64,000 nucleotides of DNA from Mustelus asterias. Lineage: Eukaryota. The stretch lies in NCBI RefSeq assembly GCF_964213995.1, contig NC_135815.1, positions 16,306,001 through 16,370,000 of the forward strand, read 5' to 3'. A program made the translations under genes and the position numbers. The notes beneath the pieces are model-generated. The model was not told the DNA's origin. It made no database searches and saw nothing but the letters and a program-made list of their open reading frames with translations. This document shows positions 51,138 to 63,888 of the stretch, in pieces (positions within the stretch are counted from its first letter, which is position 1; the number at the start of each line of letters is the position of its first letter).

Positions 51138-51599
51138 TGTACTTGAAGTGGATTCACTATTGTAAAACAGGGAAACACTGTAACCAAAACAGGCCCAATA
51201 CAAGGAATGAGATACGTGGCTGGTTATTTTGTTTTTCATGATGTTTAGGTTAATATTATTCTGAAAATGGAGAAGAAATCCTTTGGATTTCCTCTTTCAA
51301 TAGTGCCAAGGGATATTTTACAGTCGGCTAAGACAGCAGATAAAGTCTCAACTTACTCTCTCATCGAAGCTATACATAATATTTGAATATTTCTCTGACC
51401 ATAGTATTCCTTCAAAAACAATCATTTTACATTATTATCTTTTCTTAACATTGTGTTGCACTGGGGAATGTGTGTCCTTTCTGGAGAGGCAGTTTCTCAT
51501 TAGCCCTGGATGTAGGAATGTAGAGAAGGCCATTCAGCCTCTCATGCCTGTCCTGCCATTCAACGAGATCATGGCTGACCTGTGACCTACCTCCATCGT

Positions 51600-52120
51600 C
51601 ATAAAGGTTTACAGCATGGAAACAGGCCCTTCAGCCCAATCTGTCCATGCATCCCATTTTTTTTAAACCACTAAGCTAGTCCCAATTGAACGCGTATGGC
51701 CCATATCCCTCTATACCCATCTACCCATGTAATTGTCTAAATTTCTTTTTTAAAAGGCAAAATTGCATTCGCTTCTACTACTATCTCTGGGAGCTCGTGT
51801 GTGAAAGAAATGCCCCCTCTGGACCCTTTTGTACCTCTCCCCTCTCACCTTAAACCGATGCCCTCTAGTTTTAGACTCCCCTACCTTTGAGAAAAGATGT
51901 TGACTATCTAGCTGATCTATGCCCCTCATTATTTTATAGACCTCTATAAGATCACCCCTCAGCCTTCTACGCTCCAGGGAAAAAAGTCCCAGTCTATCCA
52001 GCCTCTCCTTATAACTCAAACCATCAAGTCCCGGCAGCATCCTAGTAAATCTTTTCTGCACTCTTTCTAGTTTAATAATATCCTTTCTATAATAGGGTGA
52101 CCAGAACTGTACAGTATTCC
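51600..52120 (-). mobile_element. CR1 LINE 3' fragment
   Basis: VQFWSPYYRKDIIKLERVQKRFTRMLPGL...GDLIEVYKIMRG. Confidence 0.85.
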
Positions 52121-52795
52121 AAGTATATCTGCGGCCTTCGCCCCATATTCCTACACACCATTTGATGAATAAAAAACAAATCAATCTGAAACTAAAAATT
52201 ATTAATTGACCCAGAATGAAATGCCATTTGTGGAAAGGTTCCAAACTTCTCCTGCCCTTTGTTTTGGAGTTTTCCCAATTCTATTCCTGCGGGGCCTTGC
52301 TCGGAAATTTAGGCCTGAGTCTAATTTTTATCTTGCGTCACCCAGTCCTTGATTTTTTTTTATTCATTCGTGGGACATGGGTGCCGCTGGCTGGCCAGCA
52401 TTTATTGCCCATCCCTAGTAGAGAGTCAACCACATTGCTGTGGCTCTGGTGTCACATGTAGGCCAGACCAGGTAAGGTTGGCAGATTTCCTTCCCCTGAA
52501 GACATGAGTGAACCAGATGGGTTTTTCCGACAATCGACAATTGTTTCATGGTCATCATTGGCTTCTTAATTCCAGATTTTTTTTACTGAATTCGAATTCC
52601 AATGGCGGGATTCGAATCCAGAACATTAGCTGAGTTTCTGGATCAATAATCTAGCGATAATACCACTAAGCCATCCCCTTCCCTAGAAGACCCCACCAGC
52701 AAAAACACTATCAATTCCCTTTACTATTATGAAAACATTGGTTAAGTCATCCCTTATCCCATATCCATGGTTTATTTGTAAATTGAGCCCCTTAC

Positions 52796-53038
52796 CTTCT
52801 GGTATTAACACATCAGGCTGTGGAGTTTGGGTGGAAGAGAAGGCCTCGAAGGGCTGTTGCTCTAGTGGTATCTTTGCTGGAGTAGGTATAGGATCAGAGT
52901 GTTTAATCTCGGGGTGAGTCATTGTGGAGTCAGGGAGCTTATGGAATTTAACATCAGACCCAGGCTTGACAGTCACCTTCTTGAATGTCTGAGTAACATG
53001 GTAGCCCATTCCACCAGGGCAGATTTGCTTGAAGGCAG
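52796..53038 (-). CDS. LTBP1: LTBP1-like exon: C-terminal part of 8-Cys (TB) domain and start of hinge
   Basis: 243 nt, acceptor aaaacag, donor G|gtaagg, phase 1/1. Reads AAFKQICPGGMGYHVTQTFKK...PTPAKIPLEQQPFEAFSS...PE, matching recalled human LTBP1 AAFKEICPGGMGY...PLPAKEEPVEAL. LTBP family is secure; the paralogue assignment is less so. Confidence 0.88.
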
Positions 53039-54651
53039 CTGTTTTGGACAACACAAAACAGGATTTAGTTTCGATTAAACTTTTCCATTTTACAAATTTA
53101 GACATCTTCAACGCTGAATGATCATTCTTTTCTTAAAAAAAAAACAAATGGTTCTTTAAAACCTCAAATTTCATGGGTAAACATTCAAAAGCTTCAGAAA
53201 ATGAAGATGTGATTTTTTTTTAAAACTGTAGCAAAGCAAAAAGTGGCACAAAAGGAACAGTCCAAAAAAACTCCACGCATTGTTTCAATGACTTGGTTTC
53301 AGTTAATCAAGCCTGGTTGGATATTGGCCAAATAGTTTCAATAGACAGGCTGACAGTCTAGTGGCACAGTGGGTATTTGCCCCTGCCTCGGCACCAGATG
53401 CTCTGGTTTCGAGTCCCATCCAAGGACATGATGGCCAAGGAAGTTGCAGAGGCACTACGGGGCAGCTGCCATAGGGAGCGATGGGGAAGGTCACTGTCTA
53501 AAACCTTTCAACCACAGTGAACCGAGGGGAGCAGAACCTCCTCGGACTGAATGACTTGCTGGATGCATACAGTGAATGCAACATGTATCTCAGTAGTACT
53601 GAAGCATCTCGGAGTTCAACTTGCTCAATATAAATAACTTTGCAACATTTGTAAGACCATTATAAAATGTCTGAAATGTTTCATTCACTGTACCGAATTA
53701 TCTGAGTGTTACTTGATGGATGCAAAGAACCTGAATTTTATTATAGCTTTTTGTGTGATGGCTGTTTTGGAATGTTTATAATTTTCTTGCAGGTTTTTTA
53801 TGGATAAAGTATATTTTTTGGTGTGTATATAACCTGACAGGGGTGAAACCATCACCAGGCAGCTGGGTCACCCAGGCTAGGATAGAGTCAATGGTCAGGG
53901 TAGCCGATGAGATTTAACGGAGGCCTCGCCTGAATCCATTTTTCAAAACCATCTGGGCCTGTTGGCGAAGGTGAAGCGTCAGATCAAGCCTGGGAAGGGG
54001 CTGCAAGGCCTCATGCTGTCAGCTTGGATTTTGCTCCTTCCTCCTGTGTGACACGGTGGCACAGTGGTTAGCATTGCAGCCTCACAGCACCAGGGACCCG
54101 GGTTCGATTCCCAGCTCGGGCCACTTTCTGTGCGGAGTTTGCACATTCTCCCCGTGTCTGCGTGGGTTTCCTCCAGTTTCCTCCGAAAGACGTGCTGCTT
54201 AGGTGCATTGGCCGTGCTAAATTCTCCCTCAGTGTACCCAAACAAGCACTTAGTGGGGCGACTGGGAGATTTTCACAGTAACTTCATTGCAGTGTTAATG
54301 TAAGCCTACTTGTAACACTAATAAATTAACTAAAACTTTAAACTGTGGGAACCATGCATTGGATTCAATTTGAATTTGTTTTATTTGGATGGAATATATT
54401 TTCTTTCAAGTAAGCTGTATCCGTAACCGGGCCAAACAGGTTGAGATTCAGCCTGTCAGTCTTTCCAGTGTGTACCAATGGCAGATTGGCTGGTCAGCCA
54501 TGTGATGGAATGGGGAAGTTGCAGTCTCCACCATCACAATCAGTAGCTCCAGATTATAATGTGTTCTTGTTGCCACAGCAACGGTCACTTACTGAGTGAA
54601 CCTTAAGAGGTCTCATAACACCAGGTTAAAGTCTAACAGGTTTATTTGGAA

Positions 54652-54688
54652 TCACGAGCTTTCGGAGCGCTGCTCCTTCATCAGGTGA
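54652..54688 (-). ncRNA. Minimal type-I hammerhead ribozyme (Penelope-like element terminus), intact core
   Basis: Minus strand reads ucac-CUGAUGA-a-ggagc(agc)gcucc-GAAA-gc-UC-guga: stem I ucac/guga, stem II ggagc/gcucc, palindromic stem III AGCU. Confidence 0.8.
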
Positions 54689-56335
54689 TGAAGGAGCAGC
54701 GCTCCAAAAGCTTGTGGGTGGCACGGTAGCACAGTGGTTAGCACTGCTGCTTCACAGCTCCAGGGACGTGGGTTCGATTCCCAGCTTGGGTCACTGTCTG
54801 TGTGGAGTTTGCACATTCTCCTCGTGTCTGCGTGGGTTTCCTCCGGGTGTTCCGGTTTCCTCCCACAGTCCAAAGATGTGCGGGTTAGGTTGATTGGCCA
54901 TGCTAAAAATTGCCCCTTAGTGTCCTGAGATGCGTAGGTTAGAGGGATTAGCGGGTAAATATGTGGGGTGGGGCCTGGGTGGGATTGTGGTCGGTGCAGA
55001 CTCGATGGGCCAAATGGCCTCTTTCTGCACTGTAGGGTTTCTATGATTCTATGAGAACAGGGACCCAGTGCCCCAGTGCTCCAGATTGCCTTTGAAAGCC
55101 ACCCCTCCACTCCCCCTCCCACAACCACCTACCTGGCCGCAGCGGCTTGCCCTTCACAATGGGATCTGGCATTTGTGGCCATGTTTTAATTCAAAGTTCC
55201 TTAGCAGGCACCTCAAGGTGGAGGCTGCCTCCCCCTGCCACTGACCCATTTCCTGTCGGAGGGCCTCCTATTGCCCCTCCAGAACCCCCTCGCCATCCAT
55301 AATTGGACGGCAAGCAGGTCCCCCTGTCCACAAATTGGTCAATCCAGGCAGATTCATGTCGAATGACTGCTCCTGGCCGGGTGTGGGATTGGGACCCCCA
55401 TCTGGCCCTAGAAAACTCCAAACCCGGTCCAATGTCCGTGCTGGCTATGTGCCGCATTGTGCCAGTTCGTGAGGTAATGCAAAGGGCTCGGGTGAGTTAT
55501 CTCCCAGAGCAGTGATGGAGACGGATTGTGTGCATGTCAGGAAAACCCCGTATGCCAAGGGCAGGTTTGGGCCATTCCCATGGGATTCCCAAAGTTTGCC
55601 ATTGTTGATGGAGGGATTAGATTATTTTATTCTTCAATGAAAGAACTCCTCATTTTGCCACAAATGGCTTGTTTCACTGGAAACAATAAACATCACTTAG
55701 AACAAGAGGAGGCCATTCAGCCCATCGGGTCTGCACCGACTCTATGACAAAGCTTCCTACCCAGACCCCCACCTCATTCCCGTAACCCCATGCATTTAAC
55801 CCCACTAATCGCCCTAACATTAACATCTTGGAACACAAAGGGGAAATTTAGCATGGCTAATCCACCTAACCTGCACATCTTTGGAGAGGAAACTGGAAGA
55901 AACCCATGTAGACACAGGAAGAACATGCAGACTCCACACAGACAGTCTCCCAAGGCTGGAATCGAACCTGGATTCCTGGCGCTATGAGGCAGCAGTGCTA
56001 ACCACTGTGCCACCATGCCACTCCTTTCTGCCCTTTGATTGGGTCATGGTTGATCCATATCTTAACTTTATTTATCTGAGCGCGTTGCATAACCTTTAGG
56101 CTCCTTCTACATCACAAATCTATTGATCTCAGTTTGGACATTTCCAACTGACCAACCAACCTCACCAACACTCTGGGGGATAGAGTTGCAGATTGTGTGC
56201 AGAGCACAGTGTTAGTGCACCTATTTCTCGGGGCAGGGGTGATGTGGAGGGGTAAATTGCCTTGAGATTTCTACTCCGTTGCCACTCTGACTTCAGCATA
56301 TATTTAGCACAAACACCAGATGACAGGGTTAACCC

Positions 56336-57158
56336 GGGAGGGGAGTTCTCCCCAAAAATTCCTGTGTTGTTCCCAGTGGGAAAACCGGTGAGATTCCCGC
56401 TGGGAGGGTTGGTGCGATTCAGTTCGCAATTCACCCACGCTTGGAATTTTTTTTGGAGTGGTGATCTGAACATGCAAAACTGGCTCCGAGGAGATCAGGG
56501 CACGGTTTTTAAAGGGTGCCCCAATCTCCAGACAACCCCACACACCACCTCCCCCTACTCGCCGTCCAAGACCACCGCCCCCCCTCCATTTCCCCTGGCC
56601 CCCCACTCTCTGGTACCAGCACCACCTCATGCCGAGCCAGTAAACACCCCACTATGGGGTCGCCAAGGCACGCCCTCCTCCCTTTCAGTCCCTCCCTTTG
56701 CCACTGCCAACCTGACACCCTGACAGTACCAACCTGGCAGTCAACTGCCAGTTTTGGCAATGGTAGGTTCACACTATCAGGTGGGCACTACCAGGTTGGC
56801 ACTGCCAAGGTGCTAAGGGCATTTCTCCAACCACCCACAAACTTCAATGGCTTCTGAGCCCCCAGCATAGTAGCTGGCGCCAGGTTCCTACTGCTCCCGT
56901 GTGTTGGAGAATCCCGGGAGCAGAGAGATTCCGGCGTAAAGCCGACACAGCATATTTACATGATGATTTAAGGATACTAATCCTATTCCCGCTGTCAGGG
57001 GGCGGGAACCAGATTACATTGGTGCTTGGGGTGGGGAGAATCCCAAAGGTGGTTCTCCCCTCACTAAACGCACTATGGCCCCTTCCCCGTCATTCTCCAG
57101 CCCCGTGTGGCCCCAGCACGATAAGCACAAGAGCATGCGGAGCCAGAGAATTGCCCCC
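56336..57158. mobile_element. Harbinger-like MITE, degenerate
   Basis: Imperfect TIR gggagttctc / gagaattgccc; GC-rich interior related to the other MITEs. Confidence 0.5.
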
Positions 57159-57677
57159 GGAGTTTCCCCCCTGCAATTCCGACAATAGAACAGTGAACAT
57201 CCCGAAAAAATTCACCATCTCCCGCCAATTCCATTGCAATGCTTGAACCCAGACATTGACCTGCTCACCTCAAACAAGGGATATGAACAGTTCAAAGTTA
57301 CAGTTGTTGCCTTGCTGTTCATTATGTCATTTTCTGACAAAAAAACACAGCTCCAACCGTGTATTGTAGGTTTTTAAAAAACTATTCACAGGATGTGGGC
57401 ATCACTGGCAAGGCCAGCAATCATCCCTAAATGCCCCCTCAGAATGTGGTGGCAAGGCCCCTTCTTGTTTCCAACGAAGTGGCCACTTCTAAAGCATGTT
57501 TAAGAGTCAACCTCATTGCTGAAGCTATAGAGTCACAAGTAGGCCAGACCGGGTAAAGACAACAGATTTCCTTCCATCGACCAAGTGAGTTTTTGAACAA
57601 ACTGGTAGTTTCATGGTCACCATTATTAATAGTAAGAAGTCTCACAACACCAGGTTAAAGTCCAACAGCTTTATTTG

Positions 57678-57720
57678 GACTCATGAGCTTTCGGAGCACT
57701 GCTCCTTCCTCAGGTGAGTC
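57678..57720 (-). ncRNA. Minimal hammerhead ribozyme, near-intact, in a palindromic Penelope-like remnant (57630-57850)
   Basis: gacucac-CUGAGGA-a-ggagc(agu)gcucc-GAAA-gc-UC-augaguc; one C-A mismatch next to the core. Confidence 0.7.
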
Positions 57721-59749
57721 CTCACTACCTGGTGTAGGAGCAGCGCTCCAAAAGCTCGTAAATCCAAATAAACCTGATGCACTTCAACCTGGTGTTGAGA
57801 GACTTCTTACTGTGTCCACCCCAGTCCGACGCCGGCATCTCCACATCACGGCTATCATTATTAATACCAGCTTCTTAATTCCAGATTTATTTATTGAACT
57901 GAATTTAAGTTTCCCAGCTGCCAAGGTAGGATTGAAACTTCTGTCTCCACATCACTAGTCACTGATTCAGTCATGTAGACATTATGCTATGCTACTGTAC
58001 CCCATTAGTAATCCCTCAATAGCTGCCTTCACAGTACGCCTCGTGGTGACTAAATGTTCCTTTTTATTGCCATGAAATTCCTTGTTCTGCTGCCACGTCT
58101 TTCTTTTAATGTTCAGGATTAAAATGGCCGTCATCACCGCCATCACGCACATGGACAACATGAAAGCGCGTTTCTATGCTGGCATGCCGAACAACATTCC
58201 CCTTTCCTGCTGTAACCGTCGGAAACACTGTCACCCTCACGTTGAATTTGGCCAGCGAGAGAAGGGTCGACTATCACGTGGTCCTTCCGAGTGGTCAAGC
58301 ACGTGGCTCTAACCGGGAATGGAGCAATCTCCAGCTGGAAGGCTTTCCATCACCATCACTTCGCCAGAGTCAGGTGAACGTCACTTGTTCTCCGCAGGGC
58401 CCTGTGGAAGTCAGGTGACCTTACTCAGGAGGCCAAAAATCTGATATGACTGGGCGCACACCTTTCCCCGCCACCTCTACACGCAACGCCCTCACACCCA
58501 CAGAGCTACAGAGAGGCCCAGCGATGCCCATCCAATCTCCCCATGGCAACAGGAATTCCGATGACAAGCAGCCTCCAGCAAGACAAAATCTCAATGATTG
58601 TGTTGAGTCTATTCCGAAATCTGACCTGTTTTTGAAGTGACAATGGAACCATCCATGGGGGTGGCCCACTTACTCACCCAAACCTCCTGAGTAACCATCT
58701 GAGGCTTCACAGGAGAATGCAGTGTGCAAAGCACTGCTATGATGCACAATTATATAAACTATAGTTAAAAATTGCCCAGAATTTTATGCAGTTACACTTA
58801 TAGAATGTAATTTCTTATGTTGAAGCTTGCTGTCACACATGGGTAAATGAGGTGTACAAAAGTATGGGTTTTGCACTAAACATCCATCAGACAAAGGTCC
58901 TCTCCCAACCTTCCCCCGCCACACAGCACTGCTCCATGACAAGACTTTAGACAACATGGACTACGTCCCATACCATAGAACCCCTACAATGCAGAAGGAG
59001 GCCATCTGGCCCATCAAGTCTGTACTGACTCTCCGAAACAGTATCTTACCCAGGCCCACTCCCCATAACCCCACACATTTACCATAGCTAATCCACCTCA
59101 CCATCTTGAACCCTTAGGGGCAATTTAGAACAGCCAATCCCACCCAACCTGCATCCTGCATATCTTTGGACTGTGGGAGGAAACCAGAGCACCCGGAAGA
59201 AACCCACGCAAACAGGGAGAACATGCAGACTCCACACAGACAGACGCCCGAGGGTGGAATTGAACCCGGGTCCCTGGCGCTGTGAGACAGCAGTGCTAAA
59301 CGCTGTGCCACCGTACCTTGGGAGCTTTCTGTCAACAAGGACAGACATCAACAGTGAGGCCCAACACTGTTTCAGTGTGCTGACACAGCCTTGTGTCACC
59401 TCAGGAAGAGAGTGTTTGAAGACCGGGACCTCAAACCCAGCAGCAAGCTGATGGTCTGCAGAGGAGAATGATACTCACTCTCCTATATGGCTCAGAGATA
59501 TGGACTACGTACAACAGGCACCTCAATACCCTGGAGAAATCAGATGCTGCAAATCCATTGGCAGGAGAGGCATACCAATGTCAATGTTCTCGCTCAGGCC
59601 AACTTCCCCAGCATTCACCACTCTCGATCAGCTCCACTGGGCGGGACACATTGTCCACATGCCGGACATGAGACTCCTAAAACAAGTGCTCTGCTTGCAG
59701 CTTTGACATGGTAAACATGTTTTTCTGGCTGGAGGTCCGTGACAGGCTA

Positions 59750-61022
59750 AAGCGACGATCCTTTAAAACAGAGATGAGGAAGAATTTCTTCAGCCAGAGG
59801 GTGGTGAATCTGTGGAACTCTTTGCCGCAGAAGGCTGTGGAGGCCAGGTCATTGAGTGTCTTTAAGACAGAGGTAGATAGGTTTTTGATTAATAAGGGGG
59901 TCAGGAGTCATGGGGAAAAGGCAGGAGAATGGGGATGAGAAAAATATCAGCCATGATTGAATGGCGGAGCAGACTCGATGGGCCGAGTGGCCTAATTCTG
60001 CTCCTATGTCTCATGGTCTTATGGACTAGTGGTTTTCCACAGGGACCTGTACTGGGACCTCTGCTGTTTGTGATATATATATATATATAAATGACTTGGA
60101 TGAAAATGTAGATGGGTGGATTATTAAGTTTGCAGATGACACAAAGATAGGTGGAGCTGTGGATAGTGTAGAAGGTTGTCGAAGGGTACAGCGGGATGGA
60201 GATCAATTGCAGACATGGGTGGAGAAATGGCAGGTGGAGTTTAATCAGGGCAAGTGCGAGGAGCTGCGCTTTGGGAGATCAAATGTTAAGGGTAAGTATC
60301 CGGTTAATGGCAGAACCCTGAAGAGCATTGATGTACAGAGGGATCTTGCGGTTCAAGACCATAGCTCCCTATAAGTGGCCACACAAGTACATAGGGTGGT
60401 AAAGAAGGCAGATGGCATGCTTGCCTTTATTAGTCGGGGCACTGAGTACAAGAGTCAGAATGTCATGTTGCAGCTTTATAAAACTTTGGCCACACTAAGA
60501 GTATTGTGTTCAATTCTGGTCACCACATTACAGGAAGGATGTGGAGGCTTAGGAGAGGGTGCAGAAGAGGTTTACCAGGATGCTGCCTGGATTAGAGGGT
60601 GTGAGCTATAAAGAAAGGCTGGACAAACTAGGGTTGTTTTCTCTGGAGCGGCAGAGGCTGAGAGGAGACCTGATAGAAGTCTATAAAATTATGAGGGGCG
60701 TAGATAGGGTTGACAGTCAGAATCTTTTTCCTAGAATTGAAATGTCCAATACTAAGTGAGAGGGGGGAAAGTTCAAAGGAGATGTGAGGGGCAAGGTTTT
60801 TACACAGAGAGTTGTAGGTGTCTGGATCGCACTGCCAGGGGTGATGGTGGAGGCAGATACGATAGGAGCGTTTAAGGGGCTTTTAGATAAGCACATGAAT
60901 ATGCAAGGAATAGAGGGATATGGAGCAAGGGCAGGCAGAAGGGATTAGTTTAATTTGGCATCATGTTTGCTGCAGCATCGAGATATAAGGGTCTGTTCCT
61001 GTGCTATGCTGTTCTATGTTCT
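59750..61022 (+). mobile_element. Two tandem CR1 fragments nested in an RTE element
   Basis: FFSQRVVNLWNSLP tail (59760-60020), then KFADDTK...KRFTRMLPGL RT fragment (60022-61022). Confidence 0.85.
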
Positions 61023-61099
61023 AAGAGCCCCTGGAAGGCAGAGAGAATGTTTCAATGACACCCCCATAACCTCCTTGAAAATCTACAACATGCGTACCA

Positions 61100-61425
61100 A
61101 TGGCTGATCAGCATTTATTGCCCATCTCTAATTGCTCAAGGGCAGTTGAGAGTCAACCACATTGCTGTGGCTCTGGAGTCACATGTAGTCCAAACCAGGT
61201 AAGGGCGGCAGATTTCCTTCCCTAAAGGACATCAGTGAAACACATGGGTTTTTCTGACAATCGACAATGGTGTCATGATTATCAGTAGATTCTTAATTCC
61301 AGATATTTTTTATTGAATTCAAATTCCACCAGCTGCCGCGGCGGGATTCGAACCCGGGTCCCCAGAACATTATTTGAGTTTCTGGATTAATAGTCTAGCG
61401 GCAATGCCACTAGGCCATCACCTCC
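61100..61425 (-). mobile_element. Second tRNA-derived SINE family (representative). Others: about 4931-5100(+), 19805-20140(-), 20545-20652(-), 21415-21780(-), 29880-30330(+), 37255-37380(-), 52355-52682(-), 57380-57990(-)
   Basis: Head ggaggtgatggcctagtgg...gggttcgaatccc, body ggaaggaaatctgcc...gtgactccagagccacagcaatgtggttgactct, end gggcaataaatgctg. I cannot name the family. Confidence 0.8.
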
Positions 61426-62639
61426 CCCCCCATTGACACCTGGGAATTCCTGACCCAAAATGGAGGAAAAGATCCGGGAAGGAGCTGAACACTTGGAGGT
61501 TCATTGCCGAGAGCATGTTGAAGCCAAGCTTCGACAGCGAAAGGAGCACGTGGCAACCCGGGCACCCCACCCGCCCGCTCCTCCAAACACTGTCTGCCCA
61601 CCTGTGACAGACTGTAGGTCACACATTGGCCTCCACAGTCTCAATTTTAATGTGGAAGCAAGTCACCCTCGACCCCGAGGGGCTGCCTAAGAAGAAGGGT
61701 TGAGCACGGAGAATATCAAACTGGTAAGGATGGGATGCAGGCGACTAAACACATCCAGTTTCCTTTCGATTCACTGGAGGAGATTCCAGCAGGCCCTGTT
61801 GAGAAATTGTGATTCTCTCCACACAGATTTTCCATCTTGTACTCTGCCCAGTGGGGAGGGTAACAAGGCAAATCTCGAAGGGTAGAAAGGTGTTTGCCAA
61901 CGGTTAAAGAGGAGCTAACAGACTGCAGCTCATTGCACTGTGTTGAGTCAGGTTACATAAGCAACATGCTGAGCTGCAAATTCTTACGCTGAACATTTTT
62001 GTCGCAAGTTTGCAGGTTTCCCACCAGAATATACGGGTTTTACAACTCCACAATGCACTGCATTGCCTAAGCACCCAGAAGAAAGCTAGGAAATTGCTGG
62101 ATTCTGGGGGAAGAGAACATTGTTCTTTTGGAGCTTCACAGAAGGTCTTGTGGTGCAGTAGATAGCACCCCGACCACTGGACCAGAAACTCTGGGGTCGA
62201 GTCCAGAGCCAGCACTTGTTGACAATGGAAGGAGCATTCACAACGCAGTTCAACAGGCTGAGAATCAGCTCAGGAATCCTTCCACCACTCCCCCCGCTAT
62301 TCCCCAATGGGAAAAATGTGTGTGAAGATACGCTAAGAAAAAAGAGTTGATGTGGATTCAATGGACCAAATGGCCTCGTTCTGTGCTGTAACCTCCTGTG
62401 AGCACAGTTACACTGAGCTGCATGGTCCGCCTAAGGGGTAGGGGCTGAATGTTCCCGCTGTGATTCCAGAACAGAATTCCAGGCTATTTCTGGGTCTCCC
62501 TCTTCCCACTGAACTACACAAGTATCTATGTCTTGTATCTTAGGAGATACCGCTCCCATTTCTCACAGCTGGGTGCAGTTGGCCACCAAACAAGACACTG
62601 CCCTCTTTACTTGGGAGAAGGTACCATACCATGAAGGAC

Positions 62640-63030
62640 CATAAGATATAGGAACAGAATTAGGCCATTTGGCCCATCAAGCCTGCTCCACCATTCAATC
62701 ATGGCTGATAAGTTTCTCAATGCCATTCTCCTGCCTTTTCCCCGTAACCTTTGATCCCTCACTAATCAAGATCCAATCTATCTCTGTCTTAAATAACACT
62801 CAATGGCCTGGTCTCCACAGCCTTCTGTGGAAATGAATTCCATAGTTTCACCACCCTCTGGCTGAAGAAATTCCTCCTCATCTCGGTCCTAAAGGGTCGT
62901 CCCTTTACTCTGAGGCTGTGCCCTCAGATCCTAATCTCTTCTACTAATGAAAACATCTTCTCCACGTCCACTCTATCCAGGCTTTTTGGCATTCCCTAAG
63001 TTTCAGTGAGAGTCCCCCCCTCATCCTTCG
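62640..63030 (-). mobile_element. CR1 LINE 3' fragment
   Basis: Same tail family as 42441-42820, 10230-10460 and 48510-48668 (...ctaattctgctcctatatcttatg). Confidence 0.8.
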
Positions 63031-63888
63031 GAAAAGTTCTTCAGGTTGAATGGGAGCTCCCAGCTGAAGCTGCCATCTACCGAAACACAGGACACCGCGC
63101 GTCTCAGGAACTGCCAGAGACTCCAGGAAATAAGGACAAAGTGTGACAGCCATGGTCACACCCGGCTGAGTCGAGGGAACAGAACACAGCCTGATGGGTT
63201 ATTAGATCTGGGTCCTTTACTCCCCCGAGCCCTGGCTGTCACTCTTTGCAACCAGGAGACAAATGACAGAAACCTGAGGCCCTGGGATAGCCAGCATCAT
63301 TTTTCCTCCCAGATTTAAACACTTGGTCCTCATTATCAGCCCCACACGACCCCAACACCATCTCAGAACGGGCTCAATCTACAAAGACAATTCACACCAA
63401 ATACGCAACTTGCAGCATGCGGTGATACTGCAAAGAACCAAGTTAAAACCTTCTGTCTGTTCAGTCACCAAAACAGTAAGACGTTTTCCGTGAACACATT
63501 TTACCAAAATAACCTTGGGCACTGCTGGCAATGAAACAAACCACAACCAGCCTCGTGAGGATGGCGACAGAGTGGAGGGAGAGGGGGGGCTAATGTGTTT
63601 TCTTGATATTTCTCTTCAGAATCTGGCCCACGGGTTCACTGTTGGGCGTTGGGGTGGATGGGGAAAGTTTCTATCAGGATGTTGTATCTGACCACCGGAT
63701 GGACAGCGATCTCCAGGAGCAGCCCAATTCAAATCCATCTGGCCCTTTCAGGTTAAAGGCTTCAAATGACAAAAATGTGTGACCATTAAGAGCCATTGAT
63801 GTTCTTCTCCGAGTGTGCTCAGTTTGTGACAGGTGTTTGCAGGGAGCAGCTTCTTAAAACTGATTGCCAACGACAGAATACTGACAAG

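Larger units (their letters stand above)
49880..51400 (-). mobile_element. Old Deu-domain SINE remnant split by nested insertions
   Basis: Reverse-strand tail at 49880-49945; Deu-like ctctttcaatagtgccaagggatatttta at about 51290-51320. Confidence 0.5.
58830..61697 (+). mobile_element. Decayed RTE-clade LINE, split by HE1, CR1 and a second SINE
   Basis: LLYGSEIWTTYNRHL, LQIHWQER, QLHWAGHIVHMPDMRL; C-terminal Cys/His knuckle remnant; ends ...gctgcctaagaagaag. Confidence 0.78.
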
